Assembly (NCBI RefSeq): GCF_964194025.1
Contig: NC_134480.1
Location: 16,058,001-16,122,000, forward strand
DNA: 64,000 bases
Origin: Convolutriloba macropyga
Taxonomy: Eukaryota
Direction of reading: 5' to 3'
This document shows positions 1-13,399 of this stretch, piece by piece. Made by a program: the position numbers and the translations under genes. Positions within the stretch are counted from its first letter, which is position 1. Every line of letters begins with the position of its first letter. The notes beneath the pieces are model-generated. The model searched no databases. It had not been told where the DNA came from and saw only the letters and a list, made by a program, of their open reading frames with translations.

Positions 1-1297
1 TTTATTTCTGCATACACAAGCTTTATAAATAATTATGGCCAAAGATGATAAAATTCGGTCTCGTGCAATACTTTCCTGAACTATGATTAACTGTGACCGA
101 CACGAATGCAGCTTAGGGCTCAAGAAGTTTACCTGTTTATCCCATTTGTTAGATAAATTTAGCGAAAGTTCTCTTTGCTAGCAGTCAAAAACAAAATAAA
201 ACAAGAAAAATCAAATTTAATTGCCTCTATCGATTCATGTTAAGTTTAAAAAAATCAGACAGTTTAAGTTTAGACAATTCGAAGGAGAGAAAGGAAAATA
301 AGAGTGTATGGGAGGGAAAACGAATAACACACGGACCTTTGTTTTTTTCATGACGAAATTTCGGTACAAGAAACAGACCTGAAAGCACCGCCTTGTTAAA
401 ATCATAGCGCAAATTTACTATAAAATTAAAGTTCAGAATTAAGTATAATCAGATAATTCAACTTTTATAATTTAAACATAAACCAACTAACGCCGGAAAA
501 ATTGCGCTGAAGGGGAGGCGGCGCAATTTAATTCAGGGGCCGCAGCCTAGATAAATTTTTCTGTATGGGTGCATCAGCCGAAGGTAGAATTCGAACCCCG
601 ACCACAATATTTTACAAGTTCGAAGAACATGCAGTTAAATATTTATAAACGGATATCTGTTGCAAAACGGCGGACGCTTGCATCAAAGACCAGTTTTGAT
701 AGACATATCCGCTACTAAAACGATTTCAATGAATCCACAAGTCTTTTGCGCTTGAACAATGAAATATAACCAAGCGCCGTCGGACGAATTACTCTGGGAC
801 GGCAGGCAATAGGGTGAGCTTGGGTCGTGGTTATCTAAAGGTTAGGAGGCTAGCCTCAGTGGCAATAATAAAAGTGGGGTCCGTCCAAACCTTGCAAAAT
901 CTCCCATAACATTGTGAATTTCTGCCTCCTCAAACTTTTCTCAGCAGTTTCGCTGAATCGTACACTTGGAGTTTGGCAAACTCGTCAAGTACAACTCGTC
1001 AAGATAGCTAATCGTCATCTTAATACCATCGCGTTTTGCCGTTTCTTTTGACAGAAAGTCAATTCACTCAAGCTAGCTAAGGAATCGCACGACTACAATA
1101 ATTGCTTCAAACTGTCCGAGAACAGTTAAAAATATACAATAGGTGAACCAGACAAAATCGTTTAGCAACATTAGTTCTCTTTTCAGAATTTCTAACTTTG
1201 AAATTTTCCATAGAAAATGCGCAGCACACATGTAAATTTAGAACGATGCAAAAAAACTGAAACGTTTCCTAGTTATACGCGTACATTCTCCGCCCAC

Positions 1298-4200
1298 CTG
1301 TTTGATATGAGTAGCCATGGGAGATACGTTAGGAACCAAATGAGGGTGGCAATGACAGCTGCCGAGTTAGCTTTTGAGAAGAGAGTGGACAGGAAGAAAC
1401 AAAGCATCATAGAGGAAGTTCCGTAGAGCAGAACAAACACAAAGATCACTGACCAATCAGAGTACGGCAGCACCTGGAAACGAGAAAACAAACGATAGAA
1501 TTGATTAAAGAGCTCAGATACATAAAACTAAAGAGCTCCATTAGAGCACCAAAACAAGAATCTTTTCATTTCAACATCGAATGTGATAAATGCATGGATA
1601 CATTACACAAATAATAAAACTTACACCAAATTCGAATCGAGCTTGTTTTAAGTATGAATCAGCACTTTATATCAAAAATTTTAGTCCGAAGTTGAACTTA
1701 TGCGAATCTTAATACACACTTTAGTATTTTTATATCATGATCCATTGAGACTTTTGGATCAATCCGTTAACCGTTTAGAATTGACCAGATTTCCGTTTAG
1801 AATATTTCAGAAAAATCGACGCTCAATTTCTGGTGGCAGTCAAAACTTTTGAGACAAAAAGACAGTTTAGCAATAGCAATTGACATTTAGTTACCGCTAA
1901 GGCTAAAACCAAGACCTGAACCAAAGATATCAACAGTTACTTTTAATGACTTCACCATTTCAGAACAGGACATCAAATGTTAAAACATACTACTCACTTT
2001 GAAGTAACCTCCAAAAAGCCTGAAAAAAAGATTCTTAACATCCTTGTAACCTTATGGAGTATCCAAGTACTTTGGAGCTATTAATTGTTCTATTCACATT
2101 GACTGAGTCTTTATATACATATAGAACACATTTTACCGGATCTATTCTGTGCCCCCCCCCCCCCAAGCTTAGCAGGCATATACCTTTTACGCCTCCTATG
2201 CGCACGTCCTACTTTTTAAAAAATAATTACATGATATTGTATAACAAAACATAATTTGTAAGTGCGGGTATAAACACTACGGGCCTAAGCATAATAGACC
2301 CATTTTCATAAATTATCTGCCAGGCGACACTTTGAACGGTTCCTTCCCCTGTGAACATTTTTTTCAATACCATGCGTGAAAAAAAGGCTTGTCAAACCGA
2401 TTATGGTTTATACAGTTTTATAAGAGAAGGGACTATCTAAAACAATAAATGTACACTATTATAAAGGTGCAAAAACATTAATTATAGAGGGTTACAACCT
2501 AACAGGGGAACAAAAACAGTTGTTCAAAAACAAACAAAAACAAAAAACATCACAACCTTGCCAAAAAAATGTTATATTCACAACAAAACTTATTATTTTT
2601 AAAGCCAGATCTCGATTAGCCAATTTTTGGTGACGAATTATGATAATCTATTACATGATGATCTTGTTTCTAGCTATGCTTGCACATATGATGAATTGAA
2701 TTTGAGATCAGCTGGTAATAGATTGTATAAACAAGTATTTAGAAGAGCTTGCATGCTATACCATTCTGGACACCACACCATCCAAGGAGTCTTATGAAAC
2801 AGCCCTACTAGACACTTACTAGAGATATTAAGCTTGAAAGCTTGAATAAACGCCGGCGTAATATTGATAAAAAGTAGCCAATAATCTTACCACGATATCA
2901 ATACATTTCAAGTTTTGTTTCAGTAAGCTTCCTCTAACCTTGTATTCACTCATTTTTGCGCAGAGAAATATTGTAGTGAGACAGACTACAGTCAGGGTGA
3001 AACATGAGTACTGAATAATCCACGCAGTCCAGTGAAGATAGTTCTCTAAACCCATAATCTTCATCGATTCCTTCAACCGCTTTTCTTTTTCCACCACCAA
3101 ATTCTTCACTATATTAAACGTCATGAACACAAAACAAAGCAAAAAGAGGTTTCCGAGAAAGCTTTCTAGCACAGTAACGAAGTTATCCTTCGTAAAAGCC
3201 GGATACGGAAACCTTTTAGCTAACAGCTTCAAGTCATCGACATCTGGAACCCCGAATGATTCCATGATTGACAAATCCAACGCCGTCTGAACTATGGAAA
3301 ATAGCTCGAGATAATAACTGGGAAGACCTCCAAAATCATTCAAATCGATCTCATCCGGAAAGTTGGGGTATTGATCATGGATGATTTCGTCAATTTGGGG
3401 GTAGTCCGTTAAGTTGATATGACTGTCTTCAAAGCTTGGATTGCGAGGTCCGTTTGGAAGTTGCACTGGGTACAAAGTTGAAGTTTCCCAGGTGCCGTAA
3501 TTTTTGCCCAGTCTAAGTGAGTATGGAAATCTTATTTTGTAAGAAGTGATTTCTCCTGAAGTTTCGTCGAACACAATCCCGCATAGAACTCCGTCCATTG
3601 AACTGTCATCGTGCGACAACTGAGATTGCATTATTGACTCGTTGTCGAAAGGCAGAAGACCTTCTATCAAACACGGTATCCTAACAGCTGCTGCATTTGC
3701 TAGAAGTTCAGCCTGTGGATTTGACCTCGGAGCGTAGGCCAGTTTAAGATCAGTGAGATTGTAATTAGGTATATAACTGATCAACTCTTGGAACTCATCG
3801 CACGATATCTACAGGCAAGCTTTTGACATCGTCTGACAGTTCAGCGAATTGTTCGCTATGGGCTTAACTTTTCCATTAAAGAACCAATTTTTTTCATGAG
3901 TGAGAAATCAAAAATGTGCGTGTCTGTATATAAAACTGTGTATATAAAACTTTGTATTTAGTACCCATTAAAAATGAGAAAGAACCATGTCTAATGTTGA
4001 ACAAATACAGATCACGTTTAGATTAAAAAAAAACAAACAAACTGGCTATCATCGGACGAATTGCACTCGATCGACAGGCGGGGAAATTTAATTCAGAGGT
4101 GTAGCCAATAGAAATTTTTACGGCTACTAATGAATTTTTATCAGCCACTATGCTATACCAAGTTTGAAATCTTCCCTTACAATCGGTGCTCTTTTAAAAA

Positions 4201-7200
4201 CTAACTTGATTTCCGAATGAGAGTAAGTTGAATCAATCAAAAATCAACAAGTCAAGCGTGAAAAAGTCAATCGAGCAGTTAAATCGAAAAAAGTCTTTCT
4301 TCGATTCAACTTTCGATTGACTTTTTCAGGCTTGACTTGTTGATTTTTGATTGATCTAACTTACTCTCAATCAGAAATTGAGTTAGTTGGTAAAATAACA
4401 CCGATTGTAAGGGAAGATTTCAAACCTGGCATAGCTTAGTGGCTGACAGAAATTCATTAGTAGCCGTAAAAATTTCTATTGGCTACACCTCCTCTGAATT
4501 AAATTTCCCCGCTTGTCGTTCGAGAGCATTTCGTCCGACGTTGGCCAGTTTGTTTATTTTTGTGAACTACAAGTGGTCTGTATTTGTTAAAAATTTTTCC
4601 GACCCATTTTTGTTTATGTTATTAGGTGGTACTAAATACACACGTTTAATTTTTTGTACACGCACGTTTTGTACACATTTCACTCTCAAAAAACAAAACG
4701 GTGAGGCACATTTTTTTTGTTTCAACACTCTAAATAGAGGCCCTTGTTACTTTGTGTACAAATTTGAAGCTACTCACTTTTCACTCAAACAAAATTGAGT
4801 ACTTCAAACAATTTTCATTTAAGTACAGCAGTGGTATCAAATTCAAAACCTTCTTAAAAAGATAGTATTGTTGCAAATGTTCTCAAGACTTCAGCCCTAA
4901 AAACCCGGTTAGAAGACTAAAAAAAACTCAGGAGAGCAGAAGTAAAAGGACAGAGGCCTCACTATAGAAGTTGACGAAAAATTGTACCTGAAAATTTTAG
5001 ATAGAATCCCTTCTTGATGTTAGCTGGTGCTCGCAGTTGTCACAAACTTTTTCAATTAACAGATTTTTTTTAAACTGCAGGCTACTAGCAAAAATTAAAT
5101 ATATCTTAATTGAAAATCAAAATTAAAATAGCGAGCGAGTGGAAAAAGTCTAGTTAAAAACGTTCAAGATTGCTCTTCATTATCAACTATTCCTGAATAA
5201 AATTATTATAGCTAGCCCAAAGAACAGCTGCAAAAAATCTAAAGACGAACAAAAATTGATAGAAGAAGAGCTAAAAACTGCTATTAAAGGATTGACTTTC
5301 TGGCTAAAAAGTTCTCTTCAAAATTGCACAAACTTAAAGCAACGCGCAAAAAAAACTCAACGAGATTAAAGCACTAAACGAATGACTGAACAGACGGCTA
5401 CTATGGAGGGCGCTTAAATAAAAGCATAGCTGACAGATTGCCAAAAGTGGCCACAATAGCTTTGTAGATCAGCAGTCAGAAAAAGATAGTAAGAGAAACA
5501 GAACAAAAAACTTATTTTCATCAAACGCTGAGATGTTAGGTTTTGCATTAGGAATATGTTGAAATTATAGCTGCTTTCATAATCTGCTCTAAAATAACCT
5601 TTAATTAGAGTGACACACACTCAGTTGAAATTCTCTTTCAATTAAAGTAAAGAAAATTCAATTTCAGAGTGAGGAAGTCATTTTTGAGAGTGAGGCAAGT
5701 CACGTGTGACCAAAATTTAATCACGCGAATGAACAAGCAAATTGGTTCCACTCAGACTGAAAAATAACTTCACGGACGCAATTTTAAATTTTGTATGAAC
5801 GAACGAACAAAAGGCAGATTTGAAGAAATTGTGACGTCATATGGTCAAAACAAAAATCTTGACAAAATAAAACATAGAAGGACCAATCCTGCATTACAAT
5901 TCAACGAAATAAAGCAGTTGAAATCAAAAATATCAGCCTCCTTAAAAGATCTTTCTCTGATAAAAAGAAAACAAATACTATGACCTCCACGAAAATAAAG
6001 AAAGCAATACAAAAATTCAAAGAAAAACAAGACCAGATAATTTCTTTTAGATTAGAGTTAACGCAGTTATTATTTCCAGCAACGTCAATCTCAAGCAACT
6101 TTTACATAAGGGACGTTTAGACAGCAGAATCAACTTTGAGGAAAACCACTGCAGCCAAAAGAAAATGACAACACAAACTACATTTGGCAAAAAAAATTTG
6201 CGAATGATAATGAAAACAAGTGGCATCAAAGTCCGTGAAAAGGCAATTAAAACATGAATTTGTCAATTTCTAATGCACTATCTATCAATATAAAAAGATA
6301 TCAACTTTAATGAACACAATTGGGGGACCACGCAATAGAAGTAGAAACAAATGCAGGCAAGAATCAAAAGCTCAAAAAAAATCAAAAAAAAAGTTTTGAA
6401 GCCCATTACATTATTAACACTAAAATTAAAAAATACATAGATCAAATTATGTATTCTAATTGGAGAGCAAATGAGACCTCTCATTAATGAGACGAACCGA
6501 CAGAACAACAAAAACAATTACAAAACGGTCAAAATTTAAAAATCTCTAAAAATTTTCCGTTTCAAAATTGTTGAAAACCAGCAGCTTTGAATTGAAAAAG
6601 CTATACAAATTCCATTATGCATAATAAGAGAACCAATGAGACCCATCATTGTTTAGATTAAGTGACAGAACAACAGAAAACTACAAAAGGAGGCAAAATC
6701 CTGGAAAAATTTTTTGAAAGCAGATGGTGTCAAAGTAGTAAAACTGTTTGATATGAGGTAAAAAACTAAATTGATAAAAACGGAACTCGTACGAGTCCCT
6801 TTTAGAGCTGTTTATAATGAGAATAAGTGACAGAAAAACAAGGAACTACAACAGGTGAAGAAATTCAGAAATCCCTTTTCTTTTTCAAAAACATTTTTTC
6901 GAAAACAGTTATTGACAATGTCGTTCAAACTTTTAATTTCAACTTAAATTAGTAAATAAGTTTAAACATGCCTCAGAGCCACTGAGACCCATCATTGATG
7001 AGACTAAATAGCAAAACCACAGAAGGAACGACAAAAATGGGCAAAACTTAAAAAAACTTTCATTTCATGAAGGCAAATAGTGTCAAAGTCATTGAGAAAC
7101 ATTGGTTGCCCTTTGAGGAAAGTAAAAAGTGCAACTAAGCATTATTATAACATACGTATTGCCTTTAAAAATATTCGCACAGAAAATGAAAAGAGAACAT

Positions 7201-10200
7201 AGCCGGCAGATTGACGGAAAATAGCCGCGATAGACGCTTGTGGCCTTCCATGGAATTGAAACAACTAAAGAAATAAGACAGACAGATTGACCAACAGTAC
7301 TTTCTAACAACTAAGAAATAAGAAAGACAGCTTGACCAACAGTCCTTCAAATTTTCCATGTTATGGATGAAAAACAGATATCAGGAGCAAAATTGTAAAC
7401 TAAATTTTTACAATGTAGGTTGACAACTCCGATTCTAAAGAAGTTAAGGAAACTAATGCCATATTCAGCTAGATTACATTGAAATTTGACCAATGTGAAG
7501 TGGAAAAGTAATAAATTTTCACTCTTCTCAATATCATTCTGGCATCATTGCGCCAGGTACTGAAATTTTAGTGTAATCTTTATGCCAAATTTATGGTCTA
7601 ATACCGATCTTTCTAGTGCTCCCATTTATAATTCCGTTTTCATAAATAATGATTAAAAACAAATAATGGAGGCACTAAAAAACAATATATTATAAGTAGT
7701 AGCGATTAGCAGAAACCAGCAATATTATTTTATTATTATGTCAAAAGCTTGCGTGCATTGTTTAGAAATTTCGTGAGTGAGAGCGGGAATGCATCGTACG
7801 TGCGGTCATTTGGGACATCAGTGACGGATATTGTCGATCTCACGATGACCAAAATTGATGGGATGATAATTGGTAGTATGAACTCCAACAGCACCACGAA
7901 CGGCTGAAATGCAAAAACATAAGAATCTTTACCTTTCTCCTGGTTAAAAATCAACATCTACAAATGATCATTTGGTTCCGTACGATGTTATATATTAATT
8001 ACCATCGCTTGTTTTAACTTTGTAGCAGCTATCAGAATCAGTTCATATACAAACAGCGATATAAAATATTAACGCATGAATATGAATCAGTTTGTATACA
8101 AAACATCTTTTAAAAAAGTCTATCAGTAATAATAACTTCAGTCCAAGAAGTAACATTTTTAATTCAAAAAAGAATTCAATTAAAATTACAAACCTAACCG
8201 ACTAGCGTCTTTCAAATTGCTCTCAAACGACAGACGAGCTGTTGGCTTCGTTAGCCAGGTGGGACTTAGGTATGCTAGCATTGAGGAGGTTGGGTGAGAG
8301 GTGAACGTAATGAGGACTTGAAGGTTTGGGGGGTGGGGGTGGGGTTAGTGACGTGGTTTCGAGCACGAGTAATAAGAATTGTATTATTTTAAAAATTGAA
8401 TTCAAAATGGCCTAAACATAGAAAATAACAGGTAATTATTGTCCGTATCAGTATTATAATTTTAAGATGCGTCTAGATATAGATCAGCTGGCATGGGCAA
8501 ATTTACATCCGGTGTATGAACCAGTTTTTCCCTTGTCTCATATGGCAAGTACTAGTGCAGTTTTTGCGCTCCACGCATTGTTCTCCTGATTTGAGAACCT
8601 GTAATTGATATCAACTAGTAAGATCGGCAGTCAGTTTATTATCATCACTAAAGGTGGGTAGATAAAATTTATCGCACTAATTTATGGTTTATGTACACTG
8701 ATAAACTTGTAAAATGATTAAACTTGAAGCGACAATTCGGTTTAAATTAGAAGCCATTATTCAATAAAATTACTTCACAAACATCAGGTAAGAATATCAG
8801 AGCTTTAACTTAAACTCCTTGAAGTTGTTGTTGTGGCTGCCGTACAGAGCTGCAATTCGCAGGTAATTTTGGCGACATACCGGCGCTTATTGCCGTTTAT
8901 AAGTTTCAGTTGAAACTAATTGGAAATTAAACTCCTTGGTTCTCTGCTTAGTGATATATCACAGTTAGGGCGGGGGAGGTTGAGGGTAGAGGGTGCTGTT
9001 GGGAAGGCCTGAAAAGGGGTTTCAAAGCGCCAGGTGGAGGATGGTGGAAGAGGGAGAGTTAGTGGATGTGGAGGGAGAGTGGGGGTTGTTGATTGGGGGT
9101 GGGGTGGTGAGAGTGAGTGGGGGTGACTGAGGGGGATCAAACCTTTAATAGATGTTTTCCGTCTGTGCACCGCAGTACGTTATGCCCCCCCCCATTACAG
9201 AGCACGTGCCATTACATAGTAAAATCAGTATGTAAAAATATGGCACGTCCCTCTGGAGGTGCAAATGTTATGGGCCCACTAAGCTGGGGGCACAAACGGA
9301 AAAGATCCAATTTAATAATAAGAGTCACATTCACACCATGAAATTGTCTCCTCAAAACAGTTTTGGTGAACCACGTACTTAGAAAATAGTAAAGTGTAAG
9401 GCACAAAGAGAGCTGCTCAGCCACTTAACGCCCTCCGGGCTTTACTTGTTTATCCCGTTTTTGAGGACGAAAAATTAAAAGGGTTAGAGAAAAAATATGT
9501 CAAGCGAAAAATCGCATAAAAAGACCAGAAGACTAATATACTATATAATTGCTATAAGAACAATTAAACAATCTTGATTAGTTTTTACCAAAACTTCAAA
9601 GCATGAATTTTTTTCATCAGATTTGATCAGCAGTTCCCTGACTACCAATTTTCTAACACAGTAAAATAAGTTTCAAAACTGTAGATTTGGATAATAATTA
9701 CATTCATGTTCATCCCTTTTTCTATACTTATTGACTCTCTGGCCATTTTTTCATTTTTCCAACCTTTCACCAGCTATAAAAAAACTGAAGCTTGTTCCCA
9801 CTGCTGCATAGTACGTCTTCCGAATTACACTTGGGAAGACGAGATTTTATATGAATGAAGAGTCTCAAGACATTTGTCGTTAAAATTTATTGGTATCGCC
9901 AATATTAGCAAACGCACGAAACATTTTTTAAATTATCATAAACGTAATCCACGATAATTAAGAGCAATTTTTGTTGATTTCCATCAGCTGGGGCAGCCTT
10001 TCCCGACGAAAAATTGGCATCTCTGTGAATTTCTTCTACTCGCGACAAAATCAGACAAATTTTCAGTAACCGTCTCCCCTAGAGTAAAAGGGGTGGTAAT
10101 TATTGAAGAGAATTTAATATATCGAAAAATCCTAATATCATAACCGGAGGCTTATTTGAAGGGGAGGCAATTCTCTAATAGGTACCAAAGCGCACGCGAT

Positions 10201-10366
10201 TGTTGAGAAGACCCTCAATCGGCTCTGAGAATAGTTCGGACTTACTTCAGAGACCATGGAAACCTGGAATCCTGAAAATGCTTCAAAATCTTACCCTTCG
10301 TTTTTCGATGAGGTAGTTTTTCCACAGCAGAAGTCGTAACTTCTTGAACTTATGGCGAAAGCTCAT
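1298..10366 (-). CDS. ABC transporter subfamily A (ABCA3-like), 5' part. Exons: 10295..10366, 7757..7903 (or ending 7753), 2939..3808, 1298..1473 (or ending 1285); continues beyond window start
   Basis: Exon 1 reads MSFRHKFKKLRLLLWKNYLIEKRR (ABCA N-terminal LLLWKN motif). Later exons give PFVVLLEFILP (TM1), LAYAP, RFPYPAF, LVVEKEKRLKESMKIMGL and FFLSTLFSKANSAA, all ABCA-typical. Phases join: AGG|gtaaga..ttcag|CCG and AAG|gttaga..ttccag|GTG. Intron 2 has no in-phase GT donor and seems to need a GC donor. Confidence 0.92.
3885..4700. repeat. Large imperfect palindrome (two ~400-bp arms, centre ~4293) in ABCA intron 2
   Basis: For example tttgaaatcttcccttacaatcggtg (~4162) pairs with caccgattgtaagggaagatttcaaa (~4399), and tgtatttagtacc pairs with ggtactaaataca. 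Confidence 0.95.
5900..7350. repeat. Degenerate A-rich tandem repeats (~165-bp period) resembling family C internal repeats
   Basis: Recurrent tgagacc(c/t).tcatt.atgagac..gacagaac at ~6472, ~6638, ~6817 and ~6983. Confidence 0.55.
8195..9567 (-). mobile_element. HINE/DINE-1-like element, family A, in ABCA intron 1 (carries nested inserts)
   Basis: Left end taaccgactagcgtc..aattgctctcaaac; G-rich core; right block tatcccgtttttgaggacgaaaa..gtcaagcgaaaaatcgcataaaaagaccag..caattaa. Confidence 0.75.
9151..9307. mobile_element. Small MITE with ~20-bp imperfect TIRs, nested in a family A element; diverged opposite-strand copy at ~2138..2300
   Basis: gatgttttccgtctgtgcacc ... gggcacaaacggaaaagatc; absent from the equivalent position in other family A copies. 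Confidence 0.65.
10295..10366 (-). CDS. ABCA first coding exon (24 codons; absent from the ORF track)
   Basis: ATG at 10366; translates to MSFRHKFKKLRLLLWKNYLIEKRR, followed by a gtaaga donor. Confidence 0.9.
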
Positions 10367-13300
10367 AGCCCAAAAGACACGTGACTAACTACCCAATTTT
10401 ATAATAAATTTTTCTTCAGCAGTGGAAAACTCTGTTTAATAAACACTTTGCGAATAAAGAAATCGTTCCAGTAATAGTAAACAAACAAAACAGTTTATCA
10501 AAAACAGCTTGCTGTAATACAATCTAATGCTCGCTTTTGATACGATCTATAACTGAATGGTATAAAACAAGCGTAATGCTTGGATGATCTTTACTGTGTA
10601 TTTACAGAATAACGTCACTTCATCTGATCAAAGTTAACTCTAGTTTGAACAAATAAAACTATCCAACGCTTTGAGCACTGAATGTTCGAATGGTGTACAA
10701 AATTGTGTAGTTATAGCCATTTGCAGGCATCGTTTCATTATGATCTATCAACATGCATATATTTGTCAATGGCTCCCGTCATCAATTCGAGTATCTGAAA
10801 TGCCAGCAATTTAAGGAATTCTAAAACTGCGAAAGAATTTTGTCTATAGTTTATACAAACAGCCAGAAATAGAAATGAAACAACAGCGCGTTCCCACAAT
10901 TTTTCCTCATTTCTTGCAAGTGCATGAATGTCAACCAATAATTATGGAGTATAATCATTGATTGCATTCTGAAAATCAGTGAAACGTGCTCCGAAAATTA
11001 CAGACATCGTCATAGACGTTTCACGCTGACGTCATTAATGAACCATGGACTGAAGACAACCATGAACTCGACGGAAAGTTTATCAGTACTTGCATTAGCA
11101 TACAAAAGTTTTTATTAGCTCGCAAAATTTCATAACAATTCACAAATTTCAATTGTGGAAACTAAATAACATTACTCGTGGAATTGACTTTTGAAAAAAT
11201 GTGTTTATTCAGCTTTTTCTGGTCAATAGAATTTTAAAAACGAACGTGCTTTTGGAATTTCTTTATAGAACTGTTGCAGCACAATAAAGAAAGAAAGAAT
11301 AATTTTCTCCAAATAAGCATAAAATGGGATTCTGAGTAAAATAAATATTACGATTGGGGGGACAGTCAACGAGGATATTCACACCTTCTTTTCAGACTGC
11401 CCTTGAGTCAGAAAATTTATATCTTGTTACCTTATTTGGTAATGCGACAGTGAATATGTACCCTAGACCGTAATAATCGGGTTTACACAAAAGCATAAAC
11501 TAGACTTCAAAGATAAAACTTGCTAATTCGTGGTTACACACCAGGTAAGAATCTTTTAAATTATGACAAAAACTTGAAACTTCTTGTGCAGTCAAACCTT
11601 TAAAATCTCTAGGTTTTATTTCAAATGACGTCAATTTATTATATAGTTTAATACAGCGACACTTGATTGTTCTATTTTTCTTTTAAAACAATGGTATTTT
11701 CAGTAAATTAGCTGCTTTTTGCCTTGTTTCTTTTTCTGCGAAGTAAGTATCGAAGAGTTCATTGCAAAAACTCACAATAAAAATTGTTTCGTGATTTTAA
11801 GAAGAATTTTAAAAACTCGCAGATATGAGTATCGTAAACTGATAAAATAGAGTTTAAATAAAACTCTATTTAAAATCACAATATTTAATAACTCGTAGAT
11901 CTGCATATCGTAAACTGATAAAAAATAGTTTTATCTAACTGAGTTTAGATAAAACTATTTCAAAACAATATTTAAAATCACAACGTATTTAAAATCACAA
12001 CGTTTAGATATGATCAAAACATTGCTCGTGCTCTAAAACATTACGTGAAGCAGAGTGTAATGACGAATTTCAATTTTTTTGATACCGTGACATTATATAC
12101 AAAAAGTCCAGACTTCAAAAGCAAAATGTAAAACTCAAATAAAAAATTGTTAATTTCCTCTAATACACATTTTACATACTCTAAATCAACTAGAGTTAAT
12201 TAATATGGAAATATCTCTCAAATGAGCAAATGCGATGTTTCGGGCTGTAAAAATACGTACTAAACTTCTATTACGTCTCGAAGCGAAGTTATGTCGAGTT
12301 ATAACCGGTCGATTGTCGACGAAACAGGATGTACTGCGTGAATAAAATTCAAAAGAAAGAAAGAATGGCTATTCCTAGAGCGAGAAGAGCATTTCTGAAA
12401 ACTTTTTGCTAAGCGATTGCAAAATTTTGTTCCTCCTAAATGTTCAGATTTAGCTCAAACTTTTCAATCAAAGTGAACGTTCGCACGCATGCTAACAAGC
12501 AACTGAATGTTTGGGAGATTTTGACAGTTTTAGAATTAGGTTTAATACTGTTAGATTAAAATTTGAGCTGTTTGTATGACATTCAACAATTTTAGACGAT
12601 GTTTTAGCTATTTGAATTCTTCTTCAGTTTTCATTATACGAGAGTTTTTGGGATGAAATTAACTTGTGAACTTGATAAATAACTTGTGAAATTAACTTGT
12701 CAATTAATTTGAAAAAAAACTTGAATTAAAAATTGTTCGCAGTTTTGTTCTTCTGTTTATCGTATATGTAAAGATCATTTCATTTGCGCAATTCATATTT
12801 TTTTAATATCATTTATTACGAAGAACAGCTAGTTCAATGTTCAATATGTTCTCTCTGACATTGCTTTAAAAACTTAAATCTTAATTTTCTGTTTTTGTTG
12901 CTGTTCGGTTGGTTGTCTGTCGGATTAACGGTTACTGATTGAAAAAGAAACATAACAAAAATCTCAGGAGATTGACCTTGGAAAATTGAAACTTGTACTT
13001 TTCTGATGAAAAGCAATTCTATTATTTCGATTTAGAATTCTTCTATGATTTCGATTTCAATTTACCTGAGCATCGTTTTTATATTTATTTGTGCGTTATA
13101 TGGGGTCAATATTTAAACATATAGAATCAAGCGGTCTGCCATGAAAAAGTTTTCGGGAGTCGCAATTAAAAAGCTCTCAGAAAGAAAACATTTCAAATTT
13201 CTTTTAGATATTTATTTGTTTTTTTTCTCCCTCCCCCTTTTGAGGAACTACGCGATGAAATAAATTACTTAAACAAGTGAATACTGCTGCTGCAAAAGTG

Positions 13301-13399
13301 AAATCTGCGCTTCAACTCAATTCCCGAGTCTTCTTGCTTCGTTTACATTAATATAAATGATTGTCGACATCAATTGTCAAATTTTGAATAGAGAGGAAA

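Noticed and set aside
570-610. tRNA or tRNA-SINE (minus-strand ggttcgaattc B-box-like motif)
   Set aside because: No cloverleaf or matching A-box could be built.
10500-11000. Possible minus-strand LINE endonuclease remnant upstream of ABCA
   Set aside because: Only faint motif resemblance; too decayed to support.
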